A stretch of DNA of 33,964 nt from a virus (taxonomy: Duplodnaviria > Caudoviricetes), in the IMG/VR virus record IMGVR_UViG_3300037462_000204, positions 1-33,964 of that record; one strand, 5' to 3'. The notes under the pieces were generated by a model. It made no database searches and was not told the DNA's origin. It was given only the letters and a program-made list of their open reading frames with translations. The position numbers and the translations under genes were made by a program. This document shows positions 24,757-33,964 of the stretch, in pieces (position 1 is the stretch's first letter; every line of letters starts with the position of its first letter).

Positions 24757-26835
24757 ATGCAGCAGCCGTTCACCTTCCCGCTGCAGGGCGGATACGACCT
24801 TGTGACGCCCGCCGTCAGCGCGCGTCCGGGCTCGCTGGTGGGCGGCTACAACTATGAGCCCGACGCGGACGGCTACCGCCGCTTCTCGGGCTGGGAACGC
24901 CTCGACGGCCGCGCCAAGCCGCATCTGGCGGTGTATGCCGTGCTGCCCTTCACCGCGGGCTCCACGGCCATCCTCGCAGGCCAGACCGTGACGACCGTGG
25001 GCGGCTTCTCCGCCATCGCCCTCCTCGACGCGGTGGTGGAGACCGGCACATGGGGCGCGGGCACGGCCGCCGGTTATGTGGTGGTGGGCGACCCGACCGG
25101 CTCTACGGCGACAGGCGACACGCTGCGCGTCAGCGGCTCTCCGGTGGCGACCGCCGAAGGCCCGGCGACGGAAGGCGGCGCCTCGAACGATACGCAGGAT
25201 GCGGCATGGAGCGCGCTCGCGGTCGCCCGCCGCCGCGCGCTGATCGGCAAGCCGGCAGGGCAGGGGCCGGTGCGCGCCGTCTGGACCTTCGGCGCCGACG
25301 TGTTCTGCATCCGCGACGCGGCCGGCGGCGCGAGCGCCGTCCTGTTCAAGGCGACGTCCTCGGGCTGGGTGGCGCAGTCGCTGGGATCGAGCATCGCCTT
25401 CACCGCGGGAACCGGCGCGATCACCGAAGGCTCGACCCTCGCCCTGGGCGGGGCCAGCGCGCCTGTGCGCCGCGTGCAGATCGTCTCCGGCTCGTGGTCG
25501 GGCGGCGACGCCGCGGGCTGGTTGTCGATCGGCCCTGTCACTGGCGGCCCGTTCACCGCGGGCGCGGCCACGGCCACGGGCGGCGGCGCGGCGACCCTTT
25601 CCGGCGCCGAGGTGGCGAACGTCCTGCCGCCTGGCGGGCGGTACGAGATCGTCGTTCACAACTTCTACGGCGCGGCTGGCTGGCGGCGCTGCTACGGCGC
25701 CAACGGCGTCGGGCGCGCGTTCGAGTACGACGCGCTCACCGGCGCGTTCATGTGGCTGCGCACCGGCCTGTCCGACGCGCTCGACAAGCCGCAGCACATC
25801 GCCGAGTTCCGCAACCACCTATGGCTCGGCTACGCCGCCGGATCGTGGCAGCACAGCGCGACGGGCGATCCTGTCGACTGGCGCGCGCTCACCGGCGCGG
25901 GCGAGATCGCCGTCGGCTCCGAGGTGACGGGCTCGATCCGCAGCGACAGCGCGCTCATCCTGCTCGCGCTCAACCGCATCGACTATGTGACCGGCTTCGA
26001 CGCGGACTCGTGGGACGTGAAGCCCCTGACGGAGGACGCGGGCGCGCTGCGCTGGAGCGCCATCATGGGGCCCTCGCCCCTCTACATGGAGGATGGGGCG
26101 CTGCGCCGCCTCACGGCGTCCGACGCGGCGCTGGGCGGCTGGCGCATGACGGCGCTCTCCTCGCAGATCACGCCGCTCATGAAGGCGATCACCGGGCGCG
26201 GGGCCAAGCCGGCCGCCGCCATGCGCGTCCGGGCGCGCGACCTGTGGCGCGTGTTCCTCGACGACGGCACGGCCCTGAGCGTCTATCTGGGCCGCAAGAA
26301 CCCGGAGATCATCCCGCTCGATCTGCCGGCCGCCGCGTTCACCGCCTGGGCGTCGCCGAAGGACGACGGGCGCGAGACGCAGCTTGTCGGGCTGGCCGAT
26401 GGCTGGGTCTGCGAGACGGACGTCGGCGCGGACTTCGACGGCGCGCCGATCGAGTACCTGATCCGCATGGCCGACGTGCTGGCCGGCGCGCCGCGCTACG
26501 AGAAGCGTTGGCACTCAATGCACCTCGAGATCACCGGGCCGCCAAGCGCGACCATCCGCATCTCGACAGAGGTGGACCACGGCGACCCGGACGCAGCGCC
26601 CGCCCGCGCCGAGGCGTTCGAGGTGCGCAGCGGCGGCGGCTTCTGGAACACCGCGATCTGGAACGAGTTTTACTGGTCGACGCAGGTTGTCGGGCAGGCG
26701 CACGCCGATCTCGACGCCAACGGGCGCGCCATCAGCATCGCGGTCTACGGCGAGACCACGGGCGAGCTGCCGCACACCCTGCGCGCCGCCAGCATCCACG
26801 CAACCAACCGCCGCCTCGTGCGAGGGCTCGGATGA
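24757..26835 (+). CDS. tail nozzle / tubular B (P22 gp10-like) protein
   Basis: 692 aa from MQQPFTF. Beta-propeller-like FRNHLW...W.HS..GDP.DW. Follows the adaptor gene. Confidence 0.75.
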   Translation: MQQPFTFPLQGGYDLVTPAVSARPGSLVGGYNYEPDADGYRRFSGWERLDGRAKPHLAVYAVLPFTAGSTAILAGQTVTTVGGFSAIALLDAVVETGTWGAGTAAGYVVVGDPTGSTATGDTLRVSGSPVATAEGPATEGGASNDTQDAAWSALAVARRRALIGKPAGQGPVRAVWTFGADVFCIRDAAGGASAVLFKATSSGWVAQSLGSSIAFTAGTGAITEGSTLALGGASAPVRRVQIVSGSWSGGDAAGWLSIGPVTGGPFTAGAATATGGGAATLSGAEVANVLPPGGRYEIVVHNFYGAAGWRRCYGANGVGRAFEYDALTGAFMWLRTGLSDALDKPQHIAEFRNHLWLGYAAGSWQHSATGDPVDWRALTGAGEIAVGSEVTGSIRSDSALILLALNRIDYVTGFDADSWDVKPLTEDAGALRWSAIMGPSPLYMEDGALRRLTASDAALGGWRMTALSSQITPLMKAITGRGAKPAAAMRVRARDLWRVFLDDGTALSVYLGRKNPEIIPLDLPAAAFTAWASPKDDGRETQLVGLADGWVCETDVGADFDGAPIEYLIRMADVLAGAPRYEKRWHSMHLEITGPPSATIRISTEVDHGDPDAAPARAEAFEVRSGGGFWNTAIWNEFYWSTQVVGQAHADLDANGRAISIAVYGETTGELPHTLRAASIHATNRRLVRGLG

Positions 26836-28778
26836 CCAACGAATACTTCGCCTTCGGCGAGGACATCTCGCCCCACACGCTCGCGCGCGCGCAGCAGATC
26901 GCGGCCTACCTGCGCGCCATCGCGCTGGCCTTCGACAAGCTCCCGGACCCCGACGCGCTGAATCAGGGATCCTTGGGCTTCGGCGTCGCGACGGGCCCGG
27001 CCAACGCCTACGTCCTCACGCTGGACCCCGCCCCCACGGCGCTCGCTGTCGGCTCGACGTTCCATTTCCAGGCTCCAGCGACGAACACCGGGGCCTCGAC
27101 GCTCAACGTCAACGGGCTCGGCGCGACCACCATCCGCGACTTCGCTGGAAACGATCTTGCCCCGGGCATGATCCCGGCCGGCGCGATCGTCACGGTGCGC
27201 TACGACGGGACCGTGTTCCGGCTCAACTCCCAGGTGGGCGCGGTCATCCCGCTCGACGGGAGCGTGACCACCGCCAAGATGGCTGACGACGCCGTGACGA
27301 ACGCCAAGCTGGCGAACATGTCGGAAGGCACCCTCAAGGGGCGACAGGCAGGCGTCGGCACGGGTGACGTCCAGGACCTGAGCGCCACTCAGGCGGTCGG
27401 CATCTTGGCGTGGGCCTTTCTGCAGACGGCCAACAATCTCAGCGACCTGACGAACGCGGCGGCGGCGCGCAGCAACCTCGGGCTGGGGACGGCCGCCACG
27501 GCGAACACGGGAACCGGCGGCTCGAACGTCCCGACCGTGACGCAGGCCGACAGCCTCTATCTGCGCAAGGCCATGAACCTTGCGGACGCCCCGGACCCCG
27601 CGGCGGCGCGCAGCGCGCTGGGGCTTGGGACCGCGGCGACGGCGAACACGGGAACCGGCGCGGGCGACGTTCCGACGACGGCGCAGGCGGATGCCCGGTA
27701 TGTGAACGTCACCGGCGACACAATGACGGGCGCATTGAGCGCGACATTTCTAGGCATCAACGGTCAGAACGCTTATCTATCGGCCGATGCAACAAATACG
27801 TTTTTGGTATTCGACAGCGGTGATTACTTTCAGTGGATAAAATCCGCAAATGAAGGTGGGTTTGCGCTTGGGAGTGCGTTCTATCGTTTCGACGCGACCG
27901 GCGTGCCGCAGGATGGCAACAGCGTTCTGCGGACTGAGGCCGCGGACGCGCGATATGCTCGCCTTGCTTCTGCCCCAACTTTTTCAGGCGACGTTACGGC
28001 CCCCACCTTCACAATAACCGCTGACGGCAGCAACCGCATTCAGCAAGGCGCGGTAACTCTACGAGACACAAGCCCTTATGTGGCTCTGCGCGACACAAAC
28101 AACTTAGGCGCTATCGTCTTCGTTGACGGTGGCTCGTTTTATGTACTGCGCACGCCAACAGATTCATTTTCTGGTGAGCAAGTCAACGGACGCTGGCCTA
28201 TCCAGATTGATCTTTCAAACAACAATGCTCTGTTCGGCGGAGACGTAAACGCTATCACCTTCACCGGCAACGGCGCGAGCCTGACGAACGTCAACGCGGC
28301 CAGCGTCCAAGGGGCGACGATCAACACCGCCGCCGCGGCCAACACCGTCGCCCAGCGCGACGGCAACGGCGACATCACGATGCGCTACGCGCTGACTGAA
28401 TACGCCTACATGAGCCACCTTCCGGCGCAGTCTGACGTCGACACCCGTTTCGCGTCCTCCACGGATCAGTTCGTCCGCTGGAACACCGCCGCCGGCATGA
28501 TCGCCTCGCTGGGGCTCGACGCCCGGTACGCCCCGGCGGGCTACAACGGCTCGAACGGGGCCAACCTCACCTTCCCGCTCTGGGAGACCGTGATGGTGAT
28601 CGGTTCCTCGGTGCTCACAGCCCGCGCGGAAGCCAGAGCCATCTACCTCGGAACAGACGCGCGGTTCTTCCAGTTCGCGGTCAACGGCACGCCCCTGACG
28701 GGCACATGGCGCTCGCGCGGCCATGCGCCTGACGACGTGACCGGAAATTGGGCCGCCCTGATGGTGAGGGTCGCATGA
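26832..28778 (+). CDS. tail fibre protein
   Basis: Start MTNEYFAF with ATGA overlap. NTGASTLNVNGLG, VTTAKMAD, NNLSDL..AAAARSNLGLG repeats, GDTMTGAL and C-terminal GTWRSRG. Confidence 0.88.
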   Translation: MTNEYFAFGEDISPHTLARAQQIAAYLRAIALAFDKLPDPDALNQGSLGFGVATGPANAYVLTLDPAPTALAVGSTFHFQAPATNTGASTLNVNGLGATTIRDFAGNDLAPGMIPAGAIVTVRYDGTVFRLNSQVGAVIPLDGSVTTAKMADDAVTNAKLANMSEGTLKGRQAGVGTGDVQDLSATQAVGILAWAFLQTANNLSDLTNAAAARSNLGLGTAATANTGTGGSNVPTVTQADSLYLRKAMNLADAPDPAAARSALGLGTAATANTGTGAGDVPTTAQADARYVNVTGDTMTGALSATFLGINGQNAYLSADATNTFLVFDSGDYFQWIKSANEGGFALGSAFYRFDATGVPQDGNSVLRTEAADARYARLASAPTFSGDVTAPTFTITADGSNRIQQGAVTLRDTSPYVALRDTNNLGAIVFVDGGSFYVLRTPTDSFSGEQVNGRWPIQIDLSNNNALFGGDVNAITFTGNGASLTNVNAASVQGATINTAAAANTVAQRDGNGDITMRYALTEYAYMSHLPAQSDVDTRFASSTDQFVRWNTAAGMIASLGLDARYAPAGYNGSNGANLTFPLWETVMVIGSSVLTARAEARAIYLGTDARFFQFAVNGTPLTGTWRSRGHAPDDVTGNWAALMVRVA

Positions 28779-29251
28779 TCCCCTGGCGCAACCTGCGCGA
28801 CCCGCGCGCCCTCGGCGAGACGCCGGAGGGCTATCTCGTCGCGCTGGAGATTGACGAGGGCGTCGGCTGGGAGCCCGCCATCTACTGCGCGCGGCCCGGC
28901 GGCGGCGGCATCTGCGACGCGGTGCTGGCCGCCATCGCGGCCGGCGATTACGCGGGCCAGATCGAGCCGTGGGTTCCTCCGGCGCCGACGCCGATCCTGC
29001 GCGACAGCCTGTCGGCGATCGAGTTCTGGGACCGCGCCGAAACCATCGGGCACACGGAGGCGACTGCGGAGGCCGCCGCCGACGCAGCCCTCGCCGGGGC
29101 GCCGCCCGTCATCACCGCCGAGCAGCACGGCCGCATCGTGCGACGCATCCGGCGGGCGACCGCCTATCCGCGCCTTGATCCCGACTTCAACGCGCTGCTC
29201 GCCTTCCTCGGCATCACCGAAGCGCAGCGCGACGCGCTCTACACGGACTGA
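28775..29251 (+). CDS. tail fibre assembly/chaperone-like protein
   Basis: Coupled to the fibre gene. G.YAG.IEPWVPP motif and LGITEAQRDALY C-terminus. Confidence 0.65.
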   Translation: MIPWRNLRDPRALGETPEGYLVALEIDEGVGWEPAIYCARPGGGGICDAVLAAIAAGDYAGQIEPWVPPAPTPILRDSLSAIEFWDRAETIGHTEATAEAAADAALAGAPPVITAEQHGRIVRRIRRATAYPRLDPDFNALLAFLGITEAQRDALYTD

Positions 29252-29255
29252 CGCC

Positions 29256-30185
29256 ATGGCCATCACGCCCAAGATCAAGCCTTCCGGCGTCAAGCTCGGG
29301 GGCATGAAAGGCATGACCCCGCCCGCGGTCCCGAAGGAGGAAGACCCCGGCAAGCTGCTCGGGGGGCTGCTCGGGCAGGACAGCGCGCTCCTTACCCGGG
29401 CGCGCGCCACCGGCACGCAGATCGCGAACCGCCGGGGGCTCCTCAACAGCAGCATGGCGGCGCAGGCGTCGGAGAACGCCGCCATCGACGTCGCCGTGCC
29501 GCTCGTCTCCCAGCAGGCGCAGCAGAACGCGGCGTCGAACCTGTCGGCGCAGGGCTTCGGACAGAGCCGCATCCTGCAGAACGACAGCATCGACTCGCAG
29601 GAGCGGATGCAGGAGCGCGACCTTGGCTCCCGCCGCGACCTGACCGGGATGGAAATCGAGAGCCGCGAGAAGCTGTCGGCGTCCGACATCGCCAGCCGCG
29701 AGAAGCTGACCGGGATGGAGATCGGTTCCCGCGAGAAGCTGACGGCGCAAGAACTTGCCAGCCGCGAGGGGCTGGCCGGTCGGGAGATCGCCAGCCAAGA
29801 GAAGCGCCAGGCCGAGCAGCTCGCCACGCAGCGCGACCTCACCGGCGCCGAGATCGCCAGCCGGGAACGCCTGAACGCCAGCGACCAGGCCGCGCAGAGC
29901 CAGCGCCAGCAGGCCCAGATCGCCTCCGACACCGCCGAGAAGGCGCTCGACCGGGATCTGCAGGAGCAATTGGCCAACTGGAACCTTGACGCCAACGAGC
30001 GGCAGGGCGCCGCGACCATGCTTTCGCAGCAGCAGCAGTGGTACGCGGCGGAACTCCAGTCGATCCAGGGCAACACCGCCATCTCGGCGAAGGACCGCGA
30101 GATCGCGGTCAAGGACGCGCAGGCGCGCAACGAGAAACGCATCTCGCTCGTGCGCCAGATGTACAACGTCAAAGTCGAATGGTGA
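29256..30185 (+). CDS. internal virion/ejection protein with 11-residue repeats
   Basis: ANRRGLLNSSMA motif and SREKL....IA hendecads. Confidence 0.72.
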   Translation: MAITPKIKPSGVKLGGMKGMTPPAVPKEEDPGKLLGGLLGQDSALLTRARATGTQIANRRGLLNSSMAAQASENAAIDVAVPLVSQQAQQNAASNLSAQGFGQSRILQNDSIDSQERMQERDLGSRRDLTGMEIESREKLSASDIASREKLTGMEIGSREKLTAQELASREGLAGREIASQEKRQAEQLATQRDLTGAEIASRERLNASDQAAQSQRQQAQIASDTAEKALDRDLQEQLANWNLDANERQGAATMLSQQQQWYAAELQSIQGNTAISAKDREIAVKDAQARNEKRISLVRQMYNVKVEW

Positions 30186-30196
30186 GGGGCTGACCC

Positions 30197-31066
30197 ATGG
30201 GCTTCTTTTCCAAGATCGGCAAGATTTTCAAGAAGGTCACCAGCAGCAAGATATTCAAGGTCGCCGCGGCGGTCCTTGGCGTCGCCGCTGTGGTGTTCAC
30301 CGGCGGCGCGGCGCTGGGACTGGCGCCCTTCGCGGGCGGCTTCGGCGCGGCGATGGGGGGCATATCGAGCGCGCTGGGGCTGACAGGCACGGTCGGGAGC
30401 GTGCTGACAGGCGCGCTCACGGCGGGCGGCTACGGCGCGGCGATTGGCGGCCTGACGTCGCTCGCCACCGGGGGCGACCCGCTCGATGGCGCGTCCATGG
30501 GGCTTGCGACCGGCGCGCTGACCGGCGGCCTTCTGGGTGGCTTCGGCGTGGGCGTCGACCCCTTCGCCGGGATCGGGACCAAGGCGGCGCCCGCGGCGAC
30601 CGGCGGGGCGGGGCTCGTGGGCGGCCCAGCCACCACGCCCGCCACGGCAGGCATGGCGACGCCCTCGCTGGCGACGACCGGACCGGCGACCGCAGGCGCG
30701 GCGACCACCGGCCCGGCTTCCGTCGCGTCCGCATCGAGCCTGCCGGCGGCGGGCCAGGGCGGCGGGCTCCTCGGTGCGGGCGGCTGGATCGAGCGCAACG
30801 GCGCGCTTGTCGGCTCGACCCTCTCCGGGCTCGGGCAAGGCCTCGCGACCGGCATGGCGGCCGGCGACAAGGCCGACGCCGAGCGCGAGCAGTTCGACCG
30901 CATCAGCGGCAACTTCGCCATGCCGGAAGGCGGCTACGAGGGCTCGACCAGCCCCGCGGACGGCCCGCGCCCGACGCCCGCGGTGAAGTGGGAGAGCGGC
31001 GCGACGCCGGCTCGCAAGCCGCGCTGGCGCTACAACCGCGAGACCGCACAGGTGGAGTACGGCTGA
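30197..31066 (+). CDS. Gly/Ala-rich membrane-active ejection protein
   Basis: Basic amphipathic N-terminus MGFFSKIGKIFKKV followed by glycine-zipper hydrophobic segments. Confidence 0.72.
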   Translation: MGFFSKIGKIFKKVTSSKIFKVAAAVLGVAAVVFTGGAALGLAPFAGGFGAAMGGISSALGLTGTVGSVLTGALTAGGYGAAIGGLTSLATGGDPLDGASMGLATGALTGGLLGGFGVGVDPFAGIGTKAAPAATGGAGLVGGPATTPATAGMATPSLATTGPATAGAATTGPASVASASSLPAAGQGGGLLGAGGWIERNGALVGSTLSGLGQGLATGMAAGDKADAEREQFDRISGNFAMPEGGYEGSTSPADGPRPTPAVKWESGATPARKPRWRYNRETAQVEYG

Positions 31067-31665
31067 TGCAGATGCCCGACAGCCTCTCCGGCATGCCGCA
31101 GCGCACCGCCAAGGCCGAGACCGCGGTGCAGCCGCCGGCCGGCGCGGCCCCGCAGGACACGCCCAACGTCACCCCGCAGGAACAGGCGCTCTATGAGCGC
31201 ACCGTCGGCGGCGCGCTCCTCGCCATCTTCGATGGCAAGGCGCTGCAGGGGACCGTAGAGGCGCTGAAAGGCGACGACCCGGCGCAGGGCGTGGCGATGG
31301 TGACCGGGGCTGCGATGGCGCGCGTGGCGGAGGCGGCCATGCGCAAGGGCCAGCGCATCCCGACCGACGTCCTCATGCACGCGGCGACCGAGGTGTTCGA
31401 GAACGTCGCGGAGTTCGCGGCCAAGACCGGCGCCGGAGCGGGGCTGATGGAAGACCCCGCGGCGCAGCAGCGCGCGCTCGTGATGGCGTTTGAGGAGATG
31501 CGCGCCTCGCTCCCGCCCGGGGCGATTGACGAGCAGGAAGCGCAGGCCGACTTCGCCGAGGTGCAGCAGGCCGACAAGAGCGGCCAAGCTCCCGCGTTCA
31601 TGCAGCAGGCCGCCGGCGCCGCGCCCAAGGCGCAGCCGCCCATGGCGAAGAACGGAGTCGCCTGA
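31066..31665 (+). CDS. hypothetical virion-associated protein
   Basis: TGATG coupling on both sides. Starts MQMPDS. Confidence 0.7.
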   Translation: MQMPDSLSGMPQRTAKAETAVQPPAGAAPQDTPNVTPQEQALYERTVGGALLAIFDGKALQGTVEALKGDDPAQGVAMVTGAAMARVAEAAMRKGQRIPTDVLMHAATEVFENVAEFAAKTGAGAGLMEDPAAQQRALVMAFEEMRASLPPGAIDEQEAQADFAEVQQADKSGQAPAFMQQAAGAAPKAQPPMAKNGVA

Positions 31666-32699
31666 TGGCCGGGCTTCTGGGCTACGCGCTGGCCGGCGCC
31701 GCCGCTGGCGTCGGGCAGGGCCTTGTCGAGCAGGGCAAGGCCGCGCGCGAGCAGGCTTTCCGCATGATGGAGATCGGCGTCCGGCGCGAGGAGGCCGCGG
31801 CGACGCGCGCGCTCACCGTCAGCGAGGGCGAGAAGGATCGGGCGTCGCGGGCCGGGCTTCTGGGGGTGGAGGTTGCGTCTCGCGAGCGCAGCGCAGCAGC
31901 AGACCTTGCGCTCCGCGCAAAGGCGCTGGGACTGCAGGAGACCGCCACGCTGGCGCAGATCGAGGCCGAGGAAGAACGGCTCCGCATCGCGAAGCAGACC
32001 GCCGACACGCAGACCCGCGTGGCCGACGCCGGGATCACGGGCGACCAGGAAGACCGCGCGCTTCGCCGCGATGCGCTGGGCCTCACCAAGGAGACCGGCG
32101 ACCGAGATTACGATCTCCGGCTCAAGGCTCTTGAGTTGCAGACGGACTCGACGGCGGAGGAGATCGCGCAGCGGTGGGAACAGCTCGGGCTCACCAAGGA
32201 AGCCACGCTGGCCGAAATCCAGATGGCGAAGGACCGCTTAGCGCTGGACAGCGACCGGGTGGTGATCGACGCGCTCGACAAGAAGGCTGACCGCAAGGCC
32301 GCGGCCGACGCGGTGGCCGACGTCACGTCCAACGAGCGCGGCGAGCTGGTCATCATCACGCGCTCCGGCGCGGCGAAGCCTGTGCTTGTGGACGGCAAGC
32401 CGCTGAAGCCGCCCGCCGAGGGGGCGTCCAGCGCGTCGAAGTCAAGCGTCTACAACGCCACCCTCAAGGCGCTCACCGACGCAGGAACGGACACCGCGGA
32501 CGCCATCGAGATCGCGGCCGAAATCGCTGGCCTGCCCGTCGGCGGCGCGGGCGGCGGCCTGCTGGGCGCCGATCCGGCGGCGGCTCCGGCCGCCCCGCCT
32601 CAGGCCGCCATCGACGCGCTCAAGGCCAACCCGTCGATGCGCGATCAGTTCGACGCGAAGTACGGCGCCGGAGCGGCGGCCAAGGTTCTCGGGCGGTAG
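31665..32699 (+). CDS. ejection protein, coiled-coil
   Basis: [19 protein letters not shown] start, repeated LGL.(K/Q)E motifs and C-terminal [13 protein letters not shown]...QFDAKYG.GAA. Confidence 0.72.
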   Translation: MAGLLGYALAGAAAGVGQGLVEQGKAAREQAFRMMEIGVRREEAAATRALTVSEGEKDRASRAGLLGVEVASRERSAAADLALRAKALGLQETATLAQIEAEEERLRIAKQTADTQTRVADAGITGDQEDRALRRDALGLTKETGDRDYDLRLKALELQTDSTAEEIAQRWEQLGLTKEATLAEIQMAKDRLALDSDRVVIDALDKKADRKAAADAVADVTSNERGELVIITRSGAAKPVLVDGKPLKPPAEGASSASKSSVYNATLKALTDAGTDTADAIEIAAEIAGLPVGGAGGGLLGADPAAAPAAPPQAAIDALKANPSMRDQFDAKYGAGAAAKVLGR

Positions 32700-32700
32700 C

Positions 32701-33964
32701 ATGGCCAACTTTTTCGACCAGTTCGACGCGCCCCAGCAGGGCGCGGCGCCGCTCAGCGCGCTCGAAAGGCTGCGCCAGAAGCGCGCTCAGGAGGCGACGG
32801 GCGGGGACGGGGGAGGCCGCTCGACGCTGCAAACCTATGTCACCGACCCGCTTGCGCGCGGCTACAACAGCGCCACGCAAGGCGCCGCCGCCAGCGCCTT
32901 CGCAGGCGGGCTGATTGGCCCAGAGGAGGCCGCCGCAAGCATCGTCGCGGACGAGAAGGATGCGGCGGCGACGCCGATCCCCGAGGACATCGCCAAAGGC
33001 CTCAAGGAAATCCAAGACGCGAAGACTCTCGCGGGGGGCGCGCTGGCGGTTCTGCGCAACCCCAGCGCCGCGGCGGTGGTGTTCATGGAGTCCGTCCCCG
33101 CCATGCTCGGCATGGCCGCGGGCGGCTTGGCAGGCGGCAAGGCAGGCGGGCTCATCGGCGGCGCGGTCGGCTCCGTCGGCGGCCCCCCCGGCGCCGCGAC
33201 CGGCGCCGCCACCGGCGCGACGGTGGGCGCCGTCGTCGGCGCGGGCGCTGGCTCGTACATCAGCGAGTACGGGGCGAGCTTCCTTGACGTGGTGCGCGAC
33301 AGCGGGGCGCCCCTCACCGAGGACGGCCTCACCGCAGCGCTCAAAGACCCAGCCATCGTCGCGAAGGCGCGCGAGAAAGCCGTGGCGCGCGGTGTCCCCA
33401 TCGCCGTGTTCGACGCGCTGTCCTTCGGGATCGCCGGGCGCCTTGCCAAGCCGGTCGCCAAGCTGGTCGGCGGCTCGGCTCGTCGCCAAGCCGTCGCCGC
33501 GGTCGGCGCTGAGGGCGCGGCGCAGGCCGCCTTGGGGGCGGGCGGCGAGGCCGCGGCGCAAATCTCGTCCGAGGGGAGCATCACGAAGCCCGGCGACGTG
33601 GCGCTCGAAGGCATGCTGGAGCTTCCCGGCATGGCTATTGAGCTCCCGGCGGCGGCGCGCGCCCGCGGCGCCCCCGCTGCCCAAAGCGGGACGCCGGGCG
33701 ACGCGGAGACGGCCGCAACCCCGCCCCTCGCCCTTCCCCCGCCTGGCCCGGCCACCGCGGGCGCCGTGGTCACGCCGCCGGGGCTTTCCGGGGCCGACAG
33801 CGCGGGCGCGCCCGCGCGGCGCGTCCCGATCAGCGACAACGCCCGCTACGTCTACGGCCGCCTGAAGGCCGCGGGCATCGGCGACGCGCAGGCCGCGGGC
33901 TGGGTGGGCAACCTCATCCAAGAGAGCGGCGCGGGGCTCGACCCGACCGCCGTCGGCGACGGCG
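32701..33964 (+). CDS. large ejection protein with phage tail lysozyme (Phage_lysozyme2-like) domain, truncated by window
   Basis: Not in the ORF track because no stop lies in the window. Starts MANFFDQFD. From about 33841 reads YVYGRLKAAGIGDAQAAGWVGNLIQESGAGLDPTAVGDG (GN..QES catalytic motif). Confidence 0.8.
   Translation, partial: MANFFDQFDAPQQGAAPLSALERLRQKRAQEATGGDGGGRSTLQTYVTDPLARGYNSATQGAAASAFAGGLIGPEEAAASIVADEKDAAATPIPEDIAKGLKEIQDAKTLAGGALAVLRNPSAAAVVFMESVPAMLGMAAGGLAGGKAGGLIGGAVGSVGGPPGAATGAATGATVGAVVGAGAGSYISEYGASFLDVVRDSGAPLTEDGLTAALKDPAIVAKAREKAVARGVPIAVFDALSFGIAGRLAKPVAKLVGGSARRQAVAAVGAEGAAQAALGAGGEAAAQISSEGSITKPGDVALEGMLELPGMAIELPAAARARGAPAAQSGTPGDAETAATPPLALPPPGPATAGAVVTPPGLSGADSAGAPARRVPISDNARYVYGRLKAAGIGDAQAAGWVGNLIQESGAGLDPTAVGDG

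Noticed and set aside
25050-26831. N-terminal extension making the tail fibre 1242 aa
   Set aside because: Arg-rich off-frame read-through overlapping the nozzle gene. The real start is the coupled ATG at 26832.

Overview
A 34-kb slice of a very GC-rich temperate phage or prophage with podovirus-type morphogenesis genes. The host is probably alphaproteobacterial, inferred from GcrA-like, OmpR/CtrA-like and DUF6456-like domains. Layout from left to right: (1) a leftward early operon with a DUF6745-type tetrapeptide-repeat protein (truncated at the window edge), RecT and small hypotheticals; (2) a lambdoid cI/cro switch with readable operators and promoters; (3) a structured non-coding leader; (4) a rightward early/replication operon with HNH, RuvC-like, GcrA-like HTH, DNA methyltransferase, stand-alone winged helix, DnaB, HNH, an initiator with an internal iteron origin, and a DUF6456-type regulator; (5) late genes: TerS, a collagen-containing insert, a large terminase split into two ORFs, portal, scaffold, N4-gp56-type major capsid, adaptor, nozzle, mosaic tail fibre, and ejection proteins ending in a lysozyme-bearing protein that runs off the window. 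The most notable points are a clustered GcrA-like / CcrM-class methyltransferase / CtrA-like trio (possible cell-cycle-circuit mimicry), the split TerL, the multi-hairpin leader after cro, and junction-exact direct repeats around accessory genes. Family assignments come from recalled motifs, not database searches. No integrase, lysis cassette, tRNA, CRISPR array or reverse transcriptase was seen.
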